Assembly (NCBI GenBank): GCA_964016885.1
Contig: OZ024757.1
Span: forward strand, 17,236,001-17,300,000
DNA length: 64,000 nt
Direction: 5' to 3'
Source: Eledone cirrhosa
Lineage: Eukaryota
Shown here: one piece after another, positions 28,246 through 40,905 of the stretch
How the letters are laid out: every line of letters starts with the position of its first letter
Position numbering within the stretch: the first letter of the stretch is position 1
Notes under the pieces: generated by a model
The model's input: the letters and a program-made list of their open reading frames with translations, nothing else
Databases searched by the model: none
Told to the model about the DNA's origin: nothing
Position numbers and translations under genes: made by a program

Positions 28246-28779
28246 CCTTACCAACTAGAGTGTTATCAACACAGTGTGATGGTGACATCAACATAGGAAA
28301 AAAAAAATGATAATAATAATAAAATAATACACTCTCCTCTACTACTACTACAACAACAACAAAAACAACAACAACAACAACAATTGGACGATGAATGACA
28401 CTTATTTGAGTGTGAGCGAGAGTGTAAGAGTGTGAGTGAGAGTGAGAGAGATGACAATTTTGAACAACCATTCCATGTTCTGCCCGTGTTCTGTGCAGAA
28501 GTTTCCCAAAAAAAAAAAAAATAATATTGTGGATAGTAGGTGCTAGATGGCAAGGGCGCCCAGCAAATCTGCAGTGACCACTGGCTACATCTTTCAACGT
28601 TGACCTCCTCCTGCAATATCTTGCTGTCTATGTGTAAACTGGGCAACTAGGGACAGCTCAATAATTTATCCCCCACCCCCTCCACATTTCTTCTTTTTTT
28701 TTTTTTTAAAGTGGCTTTATTGTTTCGTTTTTTTTTTGTTTTGTTTTTTTCTTTGTTTTTGTTTTGTTTTTCTTCTTCC

Positions 28780-28827
<48 letters not shown>

Positions 28828-30487
28828 AGTCTGTGAGTGTTTATATGAGTATAGATCTGTCTGGCTGTGCATGTGTCTGTTTATGTCTGTCTGTCTGTTT
28901 GTGTGTATCTGTGTCTGTCTGTTTGTCTATACCTGTGTGTGTGTGTGGTGTGTGTGTTCTGTATAGGCTGGTCCATAGCACCTGCTGGTAATTTGCATAT
29001 CAAGTCTTTCCAGAAAACAAAAAAAAAAAAAGAAATGTTAAATTAAATTTAGCCCAAACCTGCTGCCATCTTTTGTAGAGTCTTGCCTAGTTGTAGCTGA
29101 CATGTTTGTTTTGTATTGCTAATATATCCCCTGTCCCTTGCCCCACGATGACGATTTAGGAAGACACGAGAGAGAGAGAGAGAGTAGGAGGTATAGTGAG
29201 AGAGAGAGAGTAAGTGAGAGAGAGACAGACAGAATGTGATAGAGATGTATCCTGGTCTATCCACATTATTTAACTCTTAACATCCTGTACCACATGAAAC
29301 CACATTAACAAGACATTCTTGAAAAGTACAAAACAACACTTATCACTACAGCACATTATTAATTCAAGTTTTTACCTTAATACTGAAAAATTTCATAATG
29401 ATCTGTCCACAAGATAAGATACTATAAACATTTGAATTGACAAACCACATTAAACCACATAAGCATGATATTCTTGAAAGGTATAAAGCAGCACTATGAC
29501 TGTGTCATATTAAATATTAGTCTTTACTTTAATACTGCAAATGTTTGCAACAATCTGTCCACTAATGAAGATACTATAAAAATGTGGATTGACAAAGCAC
29601 ACAAAACCACATTATTAAGACATTCTTAATAATGTACCAGTAATGCACTGGGTAATTGCTGGCCTTGTGCCTAAAGTAGACACAATTATTAAGACATTCT
29701 TGAAAAGTACAAAACAACACTATTACTATCATATTAGATACTATAAACATTTGGATTAACAAACCACATGAAACCACATTAGCAAGCTAGGACATTCTTG
29801 AAAAGTACAAAACAACACTATGACTGTATCACATTAAATATTCTTAGGGGCAGTGGTTTGACAGAATCGGTAGAGTGCCAGACACCATGCTCTGCAGCGT
29901 AGTTATGGCCCTTTACGTTCTGAGCTCAAACCCTGCTGAGGTTAGCTTTGCCTTTCATCCTTACCAGGTCGATAAAATAAAGTACCAGTAATACACTGGA
30001 ATAGTTGCTGGCCTTGTGCCAAAAGTAGAAATATAGAAACAATTAAATATTAGTCTTTACTCTAATACAGCAAATTTTGACAATCTGTCCACTAGTAAAG
30101 ATACTATAAACATGTGAATTAACAAACCCATGTTTAGATTCTTTTGTGCTAAATCCCTACAGGATGTCATGTGATTAGGCCCGTCCACTCCCACATAACA
30201 TAATTAGCTAAATAATAATAATAATAATACAAATATAAACATTTTATTTTGGGGGTTTTCATTTTTGTTGAATTTCCCTCTTAAAATTATTGAATTTTAT
30301 GTATGTATGTATGTATGTATGTATGTATGTATGTATATGTATGTATACATGTGTGTATATATATATATAAATATATTTTATATATTTGTATATACATGTG
30401 TGCATACATGTATGTGTGTGTGTATATATAAATATATTTTTTTATATACATATATACATATGTGTATATACACATATATACATGTGT

Positions 30488-30518
<31 letters not shown>

Positions 30519-30580
30519 CATGTTTGTGTATGTATATATTTCTGTGTATATATATAGGCCTAAATTAGAAATCTTTATTA

Positions 30581-31895
30581 AGGCGGCGATGGATTGGCAG
30601 ATTCGTTAGTGTCAGACAAATCCTGCTGAGGTCAATTTTGCCTTTCATCTTTCTTTGGTTGATTAAATATAGTACCAGTTATCTACTGGAGTCGATGTAA
30701 TGTTCTAAATTCAAATCCTGCAGTGGTCAGCTTTGTCTTTCATTGTTCCGTGGTCAATAAAATAAAGTACCAGTGAGATACTGGGATCGATATAATCGAC
30801 TTTCACCCCCTCCACTCCAAAAACAATTTGCTGGCGTTGTTCCCGTTAGAGACACGGGGGTGGTAGATTGTCAGTGTCGTTAGTGTCGGACAACATGCTT
30901 GGCAGCATTTACTTATGGCTGATTACGGTCTGAGTTCAAGTCCCGCCAAGGTTAGCATTGCCTTTTGTCCTGGAGTTGATAAAATGAAGTACCAGGCATG
31001 TACTGGGGTCAATTCAATTGACTTTCTACTCTCTCAGCCCCCTCCCACTTCAAACATTGCTGGCCTTTTGCCTAAATTAGAAACATTATTATTATTATTA
31101 GAGCGGTGGATTGGCAGTATCAGTAGAGGGTGAGACGCCATGCTTTGCAGCATAGTGTTATGGCCCTTTATGGTCTCAGTTCAAATCCCACCGAGGTTAA
31201 CTTTGCCTTTCATCCTTACGGGGTCGATAAAATAAAGTACCAGTAATGCACTGGGGTAATTGCTGGCCTTGTGCCAAAAGTAGAAACGATCATTATTAGT
31301 ATTATTATTATTAGAGCGGTGGATTGGCAGTGTCGGTAGAGGGTCGGACGCCATGCTTTGATGCATAGAGTTACGGCCCTTGTCATTCTGAGTTCAAATC
31401 CCGCCGTGGTTAACTTTGCCTTTCATCCTTACGGAGTCGATAAAATAAAGTACCAGTAATGTACTGGGTAATTGCTGGCCTTGTGCCAAAGGTAGAAACA
31501 ATTATTAATTATTAAGGCAGTAGATTGGCAGTATTGGTAAGGCGTCAAACAACATGCTTTGCAGCATAGGGTTATGGCACTTTACATTCTGAGTTCAAAT
31601 CCTGCAGAGGTTCGCTTTGCCTGTCATCCTTATGGGGTTGATAAAATAAAGCACCAGTAATATTTAATCGACCTCCCCAAAAACAGTTGGTCTTGTAGAA
31701 ATCATTGGTGGATTGGCAGTATCGGTAGAGGGTCAGACGCCATGCTTTCCAGCATAGTTACGTCCCTTTACGATCTGAGTTCAAATCCCGCCGAGGTTGG
31801 CTTTGCCTTTCATCCTTATGGGGTCAATAAAATAAAGTACCAGTAATGCACTGGGTTATTGCTGGCCTTGTGCCTAAAGTAGAAACAATTATTAC
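30581..31895 (+). mobile_element. Head-to-tail cluster of about 6-7 tRNA-derived SINEs
   Basis: Repeated unit of about 190 bp: A-box-like TGGCAGTATCGG, B-box-like GAGTTCAAATCC, core GCCTTTCATCCTTACGGGGTCGATAAAATAAAGTACCAG, (TTA)n tail. Other copies at about 29845, 32618, 34300 (+) and 14940, 38745, 48885 (-). Confidence 0.85.
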
Positions 31896-32356
31896 TATTA
31901 GTTTTTTTTTTTTTTGTTTCACTGACATATCCCTCCACTCCCCACATTTTCTAAAGACACGGTCTGTCATTCACGCCACCACATCTCACTCATCCTTTCC
32001 ACCACACACACACACCTGTTTTCTCTCACTCTCTCTCTCTCTTTCAAACATTGTGTGGATAAATTGGGAAGTTTCTTCCATTCTGTATGTGTGTGGGTAT
32101 GTATATGTGTATGTCTAAATATATACACATATATATATACACAAATAAGAATTTATATGTATATATATATATATGTTTATATATGTATGTATATACATAT
32201 GGTTATCAATATATGTATATATACATATGTAAGTCTATATATGTACATATACTTCTCTATATCTATTTATAAATATATATATCTTTCTCTCTCTCATATA
32301 TATATTTGTATATCTACGTATGTGTGTGTATATATAGATATATATATATACATACA

Positions 32357-32389
<33 letters not shown>

Positions 32390-32549
32390 GTACAAATGTA
32401 TATCTATACACACACGTGTGTGTATATATGTATGTATATATAACACGAAACATGGTTTTTACTTGTGTTTGTTAAATAATTATCTTTATTTCACTGTAAA
32501 TTTCTTTCTAATTTCATTCTAATCTGCTTAGTTTCTGATATAAATCTTC

Positions 32550-32555
32550 AATAAA
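32550..32555 (+). terminator. Candidate distal Rab14 polyadenylation signal
   Basis: AATAAA in unique U-rich sequence, not SINE-derived, followed by T/GT-rich sequence. A proximal AATAAA also exists near 28318. Confidence 0.35.
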
Positions 32556-33423
32556 GTGTATCTGACCCCAATGTCAGCTTTGATTTAGGCCAACATTTAA
32601 TCGTTGTTGTCTTTTATTTGGCAGTATCGGTAGAGGGTCGGACGCCATGCTTTGCAGCAAAAGAGTTACGGCCCTTTATGGTCTGAGTTCAAATCCAGCT
32701 GAGGTTGACTTTGCTTTTCATCCTTACGGGGTCGATAAAATAAAGTACCAGTAATACACTAGGATAATTGCTGGCCTTGTGCTAAAAGTAGAAACAATTA
32801 TATATATATATAGGTGTAGATGTGCAAGGTAATTGCGTCCATAGGTGTTATGCCAGGTGAGCACTCAACTCTCGCACAGCAGAGTATAATAGTATAAGAA
32901 TGAAGGAACAAAGAATCAGTGTTGCATCATAACATATTACATGTGTTTCACTGTCGATCAGCTCGAGGAACGATCTATTATTGATTGAACCTGACTCGGG
33001 AATCGAAAGATCCTCAGATATGCTTCAATATGTCTTTCTTACGTTCATTGATTGGTGACGCGCGTTTCGTTATTGATCAGCTCAAGGTTGAATCTGTATC
33101 AATCTGGCCTGACTCTGGAATCAAAAGCTCGTCGGACCTCTGCTGTGGTAATGACAGGATGAACCAAAGAGAGGTCCGACGATCTTTCGATTACAGAGTC
33201 TGGCCAGATCGATACAGATTGAACCTTGAGCTGATCAATAGCGAAATACGCGTCACCAATTAATAAACGTAATGAAGAAATAAATCATCGTTTTACTATT
33301 ATATATACACTCTGTTTAGCTCTGCACCTCGTTACACACATGAATCTAAACATTGAGTGCTCACCTGGATGAACCTACAGTAACTTCACGTTACACTCCC
33401 TGGATATATATATATATATATAT

Positions 33424-33753
33424 GGAGGCACGTGGGTTAGAGCATTGGCCTTGCAATCGAAAGGTTGTGAGTTCAATTCTCAGACCGGGTGATGTGTTGT
33501 TTCCTTGAGCAAGACACTTTATTTCACATTGCTCCAGTTTACTCAGCTGTAGAAATGAGATGATAGGACTGGGTTCCCTATCATTCCACTGCAAAGTGGT
33601 CGTGGAGGTGCCATGGCAAAAAATCACCCAGCACTCACTGTAAATGGGGTTGGTGTTAGGAAGGGCATCCAGCTGTAGAAATCAAGCCAGAATCAGTTCC
33701 CGTCCCACCCTTGCAAGCAGGGAAAAAGCGAACGTAAAATGAAATGATGATGA
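33424..33753 (+). mobile_element. Second tRNA-derived SINE family with RTE-like (GAT)n tail
   Basis: Head GGTTAGAGC..GTGAGTTCAATTC; body GGTTGGTGTTAGGAAGGGCATCCAGCTGTAGAAA; close copies at 26741-27120 (+) and 52705-53045 (-). Confidence 0.8.
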
Positions 33754-34855
33754 TATATATAATACAGTATATAGAGAAGAAAACACAAAAAGGGGTATGA
33801 TTTCAATTACGAGGGGTTTGTACGTTTTAATTTACCTTTTAATTATTTTGTGTTTTCCACACTTTTCGTAGACTTTATATTCTTCACGCTAGTGGTTCTC
33901 TATCCCCCGTAATTGAAAACATATCCCCTTTTTGTGTTTTCTTCTCTATATACTGCATTATGAAGAGCCCAGTGTTTATTCTTTGAGCTCATTAAATTAC
34001 AAGGGATTAACGCAAGTCTTTAACTCTGTTTTTTCATTTGATACACATATATATATATGCAGTAACACAGAAGACGTGCCTTCCCATGTGCACAGACTCA
34101 AACATGCACCTCTTGACCACTATACTCCCACCCTTCCACTCCTGTCCACACCACCCTTACAACTATGAGATTCATTCTTCTGGGTTTCAATAAGATAAAG
34201 CACCAGTTAACTACTGGGGTTAATATAACAGACTTTCCACTTCACCCAAATTGTTAGTCATGTGCCAATGAGAAAGAATTATTTATTGTCTTGGTTTCAG
34301 GGCAGTGGATTGGCAGAATTGGTTGAGCGTTAGACAAAATGCTTTGTGGCATTTGTTTCAACATTTCACTTTATGAGTTCAAGTCCTGCTGTGGTCAGCT
34401 TTCCCTTTCATTCTTCTGGAGTTGATAAAATAAAGTACCAGTTAAATACTGGGGTGGATATAACTGACCCCCCCCCCCCCCTCCCACACGCTCCTCCGAA
34501 AAAACAAATTGCTGACCTTGTGTCAATTTTAGTTAGAAAGAATTTCTGGTGAATTAATTAGCAGAGTTGTTAGTACATACTCATTTATTCCAGCTCCCTG
34601 CATTCCGAGGTGAACTTCACCTTTCATCTTTTCTGGTTCCAGTTCCCTGGACTCCAAGGTTAACTTTACCTTTCATTCCAGCTCCCTGGACCCCAAAGTC
34701 AACTTTACTTTTCCTATTTTCTGGGTCAGTGAAAAAAAAATAGTCTGTCCCAAGCCCAGAGGTTCATCAGGTCAGTACTTATCTTGATTTCTGTGGCATG
34801 GAATGACTGAGAGTACAAGATGCACCCCTGGACAGGACTCCAGTCCATCACAGGG

Positions 34856-35060
34856 TTAACCCTTTAGCATTCACATTACTCTATATATACTATTATATTT
34901 TCATGGTAAAGGCTTTACCTCACATAATATCGAATCTATGAGATTTTGAAAGTATTTATTTTGAGAACAATACCTTAACATCAGTTTGAGCGACCAGTTA
35001 CAGCCAGTTTCATCAGGACGAGGTAGAGAATTCTGGCTGGTTTGAACATTAAAGGGTTAA
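34856..35060. mobile_element. Uninterrupted copy of the TTAA MITE, inserted into a SINE
   Basis: TTAA duplicated on both sides within CAGGGTTAA|ACCC; the related empty site is visible near 26280. Confidence 0.8.
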
Positions 35061-35818
35061 ACCCTCAGCTATTGCTAGTACTCATACTGCAGCAATGTGA
35101 AATGAAGTGTTTTGTTCAAGAACACAACACGCAAGCCAGACCAGGAATCAAACCCACAGTGTTATGATCATAAGTCTAACACTCTTACCACTAGGCCACG
35201 CACCTCTAGTGGGTCAGTGAGGGATTGGTGGAATTGTTGGACAGGATGCTTTGTAGTATCTTACTCGGTCCTTTGTGTTTTGAGTTCAAATACCACCAGC
35301 ACCTGCCAGGAGTTGTCAACAGCAGGTAGTATCAGTAATGGAAAGACCATTAGCACCAACTACACCACTACCACCATCACTAACAACAACACCACCAACT
35401 ACAACCCCACTATCACTAACAACAACCACCCCATCCCACTACCAACAGCAACCCCCCACCACCACCAACAAGAACAACACCAGCACCAACAACACCATCA
35501 ACACCAGCACCAACAACCCCACCAACACCAGCACCACCATCAACAACACCACAGCAACATCACCACCAAACAAATAAACACACATTTCAATGTAAAAAAA
35601 AAAAAAAGATTTATTTAAAAAAAAAAATTCAAATTATTAAAGAAAAGTGAAATGTGAGCTGGAGATAAATATGCAATTGCTCCAGCTGGTACGTGCACTA
35701 CAGGCTTCAAATGGTACTTGTTATAAATCAATCCAGGCAGGTCTTGTTTCCAAATTGCTCCAGCTTAGGTCTTGTTAGCATTTGCTCCAGCTGGGACTTG
35801 TTACCAAAACTGCTCTTT

Positions 35819-36004
35819 CTAGTGCTTGTTGCCAACGGACCACTTGTGGTCAGCGTTGCGTCTGCGCAACCTCAGTACATCTCTGTCAACATCGATGGCC
35901 CTGTTCTTGCCACACATGTCATTGTGAAGGTTCATTTTGGCCAAGTTCAAGAGGTCAATATTCCTGTTATTCTCCATGAGGGCTTCAAGCAGGACATTGG
36001 TAGC
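35819..36004 (-). CDS. CCDC105: CCDC105-like last exon (ATNVLLEALMENNRNIDLLNL...VDRDVLRLRRRNADHKWSVGNKH*)
   Basis: ccacAG acceptor; tektin-like C-terminal KxxAxxVD..RLRRR; TAG at 35821-35819; AATAAA on the minus strand at 35615-35610. Confidence 0.8.
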   Translation of the reverse strand, partial: ATNVLLEALMENNRNIDLLNLAKMNLHNDMCGKNRAIDVDRDVLRLRRRNADHKWSVGNKH

Positions 36005-37303
36005 CTGTGGACAACAAACAAACATACAGTTTCAGGGTTGAAATCTTTTATTTTGCTTCTATAATAATTCATGGTCATCGGCACATAGCCATTTAGCACT
36101 CTAGGCTAACCTTACTGTGTGTACCTGGCTATTTAACACCCAGTATGTACCTTGCTGTTTAGAGTCTTAAGTTCTCCCTACAGTGTGTGTTTGGGTATTT
36201 ATAACCCTAAGTTACCCCTGGCTATTTATAGACCTAGCTTAGCCCTAAAGGGTGTATCTGGCTGTTTGTATCCCTACAGTGTGTGTCTGGGTATTTATAA
36301 ACCTAAGTTATACCTACAATATATGCTTGGATATTTATAGCCCTAGGTTAGCCATAGAATGTGTGCTTTGCTATTTAGCACCATATGTTAGTTAACACCA
36401 TACAATCCTCTCCACCACTTCAGATATTTCCACAATTCTGTTGTATAGCAAAGTTATTTAGTGATTTATTGATCACAGAAAATTATTAGATTAGTTGATG
36501 TGGCTTCATGCGAAACAGGATGTTAAGAGTTTTACAGGTTATTAATTTTTGAAAACTATTTTCTGTATCTAAAATCGCATTGGATGCAGAGGATGCAGGT
36601 CCACTATATTTAGAAATGATGAGAGGGTGCTTTTGTATGATGGCTCCATCTGCTAGAAATAACAACCAAATCTACCCCAAATCACACCCTGTTTAGGCCT
36701 GCTACAAATAACAGCCAAAATCTATCACTTGCTGTTTTAGAAAAAGGAAAGATTGGAGAATGTAGTCCTGGATACACTGTGCCTAGGATAAATACAGGAT
36801 GGTCATGGCTGGCATACCTTTGATTCTAGTTCTGCTAGATGAGGGTTTATGTGGGGCTAAACAACAACAACAACAATAACCAAGGTATCCACCCCTCACC
36901 TGGTCACACATATCTGCACACTGTATTTCTGTTCTAATTAATCATCAACAACAACAACTCCTTAACCCTTTAACATTTACATTACTCTGTATATACTATT
37001 GTATTTTCATGGTAAAGACTTTACCTCACATAATTATGGTGAGTGGCCAGTTACAGCTGGTTTGAACAGAAAGAGGTGAGAGAATTCTGGCTGGATACGG
37101 CCAGTTTAATAATAATAATAATAATGAAATTGTGTACAGTGCTCAGGTGCACTACAACTCATCAAAGGTGCATGTATAGTACATAGAATAACGTACAAAT
37201 GTCAGGAAAATGAACAGTGTATGAGTCATGATATAAATGCTAACGTGTTAACCAAACACTGTAGCAACAGATAGAAAGAGTTGGGCTGGTCCCATCTACT
37301 GAC

Positions 37304-37408
37304 CTTGCGTATGTCTTTAGCCCCTGATAGGTCCTGGCCACTATGGCGACCATAGACCATCGCCATGGGTCGGTTGGTACGTTCTCGGCAGGTGAGGTGG
37401 GCCTTACG
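37304..37408 (-). CDS. CCDC105: CCDC105-like penultimate exon (RKAHLTCRERTNRPMAMVYGRHSGQDLSGAKDIRK)
   Basis: ttccAG acceptor and GTCAGT donor; 105 nt, phase 0/0; RERxxRP..VYxRH motif as recalled from CCDC105 proteins. Confidence 0.78.
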
Positions 37409-37887
37409 CTGGAATAGAGAGTGGAAGATGAAGAGAGAGAGAGTGTGAAATATAAAGGGAGGTATAGAGAGAAGAGGAGGAGAGATAGAGTGAAATATAT
37501 ATATAGAGAGAGAACATATAAATGGAGAGAGTGTTATAGTGGAATAAAGGGAGAGTGAGTGTGTTATAGAGGAATAAAGAGAGAGGTAGAGTAGAATTTA
37601 TATATAGAGAGAAATAAAAAGAGACAGAGTGTGGTGTATATATATATATATATATATAAGCAAAAGGGATATTTAATTTGTTGGTAATTTAACAAATATA
37701 AATGTTTATAACTGATTCGAAGCACTCGACAGGTTTTCTGTATGCTTCAGCTTCGGCTTGAACCCATGGGAAGTCGGATCATCTGTATTACTGCATGACG
37801 CCAGAGGTAATGGTCCTGTGTCATCGCTGTTGAGAGGTGCAATTGGGCAAGGTCCACATTTATCACCTCATCCCAGGTCTTGATAAG

Positions 37888-37919
<32 letters not shown>

Positions 37920-39642
37920 CAATACAAGTAACTGGAAATGTTGAGGTTGTCAGTTCAATCCCTTCTCACACCAACTCAATTACCGTATATACTTGACTAT
38001 AAGCCAAGGAATATGTGACCCAAAAATTGATGGTAGAAGGGGGTGACAGGGGCGGGCTCAGCTTATATTTGGAGGTCAATGTTTCAAAGATTTCTACCAA
38101 CTTCATCACAATACCACACCACACCACAACACTATACCAAACCACAACACCACCACAACACACCACACTACAACATCAGACTAACACAATGCCATCACAC
38201 CACAACACTACATCATTAATACACCACCCCAACACCATCACACCACCCCACCACACCACACTACACAATATAAAAAGCAGAAATACCATTAAACAATCCT
38301 TTGTCATTCCTGTTTTATCGGAGAAGACGTTCGCCTTTTGCAGTGACTTCCTGTTTTCCCCATAATTCGCTGATAGATGTGACTGAAATAGACACAAGGG
38401 TTAACATACATTACTGGCTTTAACTGGGTTCAACTGGCTTTGAATGGTTTAACTGGGTTTTTAACTGGTTTAACTGGCTTTGACTGGGTTTTTAACTGGG
38501 TTTAACTGGCTTTAACTGTTATTATTAGATTAAATACATAATCATCATAGTTTTTCCATGCTTGCATGGGTTAGATCAGGTATTTTGCCCTACAACATGT
38601 TTACCTACTTCAGTGATTTCCTATTTTCCCTATAATATTCCCTGATAGAGACTGTTGAAATACACATATGGGTTAACATATATTACTGGTCTTCATATGT
38701 ATAAAATATTTTGCCTGACAAGGACTTCCTATTTTCCTATAATATCATTTCTACTTTAGGCACAAGGCCAGCAATTTGGGGAGATGGGAAAGTCCATTAA
38801 ATTGACCCCAATGTGTTACTGGTGCTTTATTTTATCGACCCCGTAAGGATGAAAGGCAAAGTTAACCTCGGCGAGATTTGAACTCAGACCATCAAGGGTC
38901 GTAACTCTATGACCCTCTATGACAAAATGTTAGACCACAGCAGTGACTTCTTGTTTTCACTATAATTTACTGATAGAAGCAACTGAAATAGTCCCAAGAG
39001 TTAACATACATTCCCTGGGTTAACTCTTTCAAATGGGTGGTTTGGTTTTATACAGCCACAACTGGTTCTGGCCATGTTCATATCAAAAAAGTAATGAAGA
39101 ATTTTGAGAGGTTTATTAAAATTATTAATTTTTTCATTACTTAGACAATAACTTAACATAGTTCTTATGTTGAAGGGTTTTAATTTAACTAGAAACCCTT
39201 TAAAATGAGTGATTTTGTTTCATAGAACCAAGGGTGGGTTTGACCATGTTGGTATCAAAAGGGTTAATGAATTTTGAGAGATTTACTAAAAAAAGTATTA
39301 ATTATTTCATGACGAACCAGAGTTAGTTTTGGCGCAGTTGGTATAAAAAAAGGGTCAACTGAGACAAAAAATAATATCAAGTATCAAGAGTCGATCGACT
39401 TCCGTCAAATCAGACCGAGGAAACAATGTTTCTGTTGGTCTTTTCAATTGCTAATACTATTTATTTGTCACAACTCCAGGAGCAACATGAAATAAAGTGT
39501 CTTGCTCAAGGACATAATGCATCACCTGATCCAGAAATCAAACTCACAACCTCTGGATTGCGAATCCAATTCTCTTACCACTCAGCCACGTGCCTTCACT
39601 AATCAGGTGTTCCATTTGATAAAAACAAGTAAAGTAACTTAC

Positions 39643-40005
39643 CACTATGTTATTTGTCTCAGCCAGTTTTTTAATTAACCCTTTATTGACAGATTGGTGT
39701 GCCGCCTCTTTCAGATTTTTCATCTTCATTACGGTGTTGTCAACTTCCTCACGGTACTTGCTAGACATCGCCATCGCATCCTTAGCCTCTCGTATTGAGA
39801 TCCCAACTTGGGGGGTGTTGGGTTCAGCCAGCTCTATGGGAATCACTTGAAAAGCCCCTAGTTTAGGATCTGCAGTCTGGGGTCTCATCTTCTCCTTGTG
39901 GACCTGCTTCATATATGTTGATGAAGCTGATTCGTTGGTCAGCTCCATCACAAGACTCCTCTCCTTCAACGTAGATTTCAGATCTTTCCGAGCTTTTTGA
40001 AGGTG
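39643..40005 (-). CDS. CCDC105: CCDC105-like exon 3 (HLQKARKDLKSTLKERSLVMEL...AAHQSVNKGLIKKLAETNNIV)
   Basis: tttcAG acceptor and GTAAGT donor; 363 nt, phase 0/0; lies within track ORF 39544..40122. Confidence 0.82.
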
Positions 40006-40800
40006 CTGAAATAAATAGTACAATAGATGGTGCACAGAGGGCATGGTAGGTGGAAAAAGAGTGAGGCAAGTGGATAGATGCAGACCTGTCAACACTCCCC
40101 GTCTGATAGGGAGATCTCTCACCTACTTTGGGGTGGGTGAGAGATGTGTTTTCTTGTGAAAATGGCTATAGCTTTCATTATGTAAAATCTCTCCATTTTG
40201 GGGCACTTTTTTTCATGGTACTCCCCGTTTGGGTTTTTAGAGTTTGGCAGGTCTGTAGATGGCATAGTGAATGGACAGAGATCATGGTGGCAGAGGTTGT
40301 ATCTTACAGGAGGGTGCTAGAATGTTTTAATGTTAGGGACCCCAGTTCTATCATGCTGTGGTTATTACAGCTCACACCTCTGTAAGTTTAGTTGGTTCCC
40401 ACGTATCTTATAGGGCGTTTCATGAATGTTTTAATGATAGGGACCCTAGTTCTATCATGTTGTTCTCAGGTGTTTTAATGATAGGGGCCCCAGTCCTATC
40501 ACGAAAAACGTGAAATGAAGTAACTTACTAAAGTACACAATGCACTGCCCTGTCCAGGAATCAAACACACGACTTATGTTCATATGTCCAACACCCAACC
40601 CACTAGGCCATGCCAGTTCACCAAGTTTCTGGTCTGATGATAACCCAGAGGTCTTCATTCCCTCCCCCTCTTTCCTTTCACTTTCACCAGTCTCAGAAAC
40701 CGAGACCCTGTACAAAGAAAGCAGGACATGAGAACTGCCTCTTTCATCTCTAATTACACCCTAACAGAAGCAAAATGGAGAAAATACTGTTGGAGATTAC

Positions 40801-40905
40801 TTGCAGAGCTTCCTGAATATTCCGTAGTTGAACTTCCAGAACTTTCTTGGAGTTTACCAAATGTTTTAGTTCCGCACATATTAAATCATCAGCACCATCC
40901 CTGTC
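40801..40905 (-). CDS. CCDC105: CCDC105-like exon 2 (DRDGADDLICAELKHLVNSKKVLEVQLRNIQEALQ)
   Basis: ttccAG acceptor and GTAATC donor; 105 nt, phase 0/0; heptad pattern. Absent from the ORF track; read by hand. Confidence 0.8.

Noticed and set aside
31102-31890. A-box and B-box motifs as tRNA genes
   Set aside because: They are SINE heads; no complete cloverleaf, and each is followed by SINE body and tail.
37745-37885. Open minus-strand stretch considered as the missing CCDC105 exon
   Set aside because: Translates as TWDEVINVDL..DHYLWRHAV, an RTE LINE C-terminus; no good splice sites.
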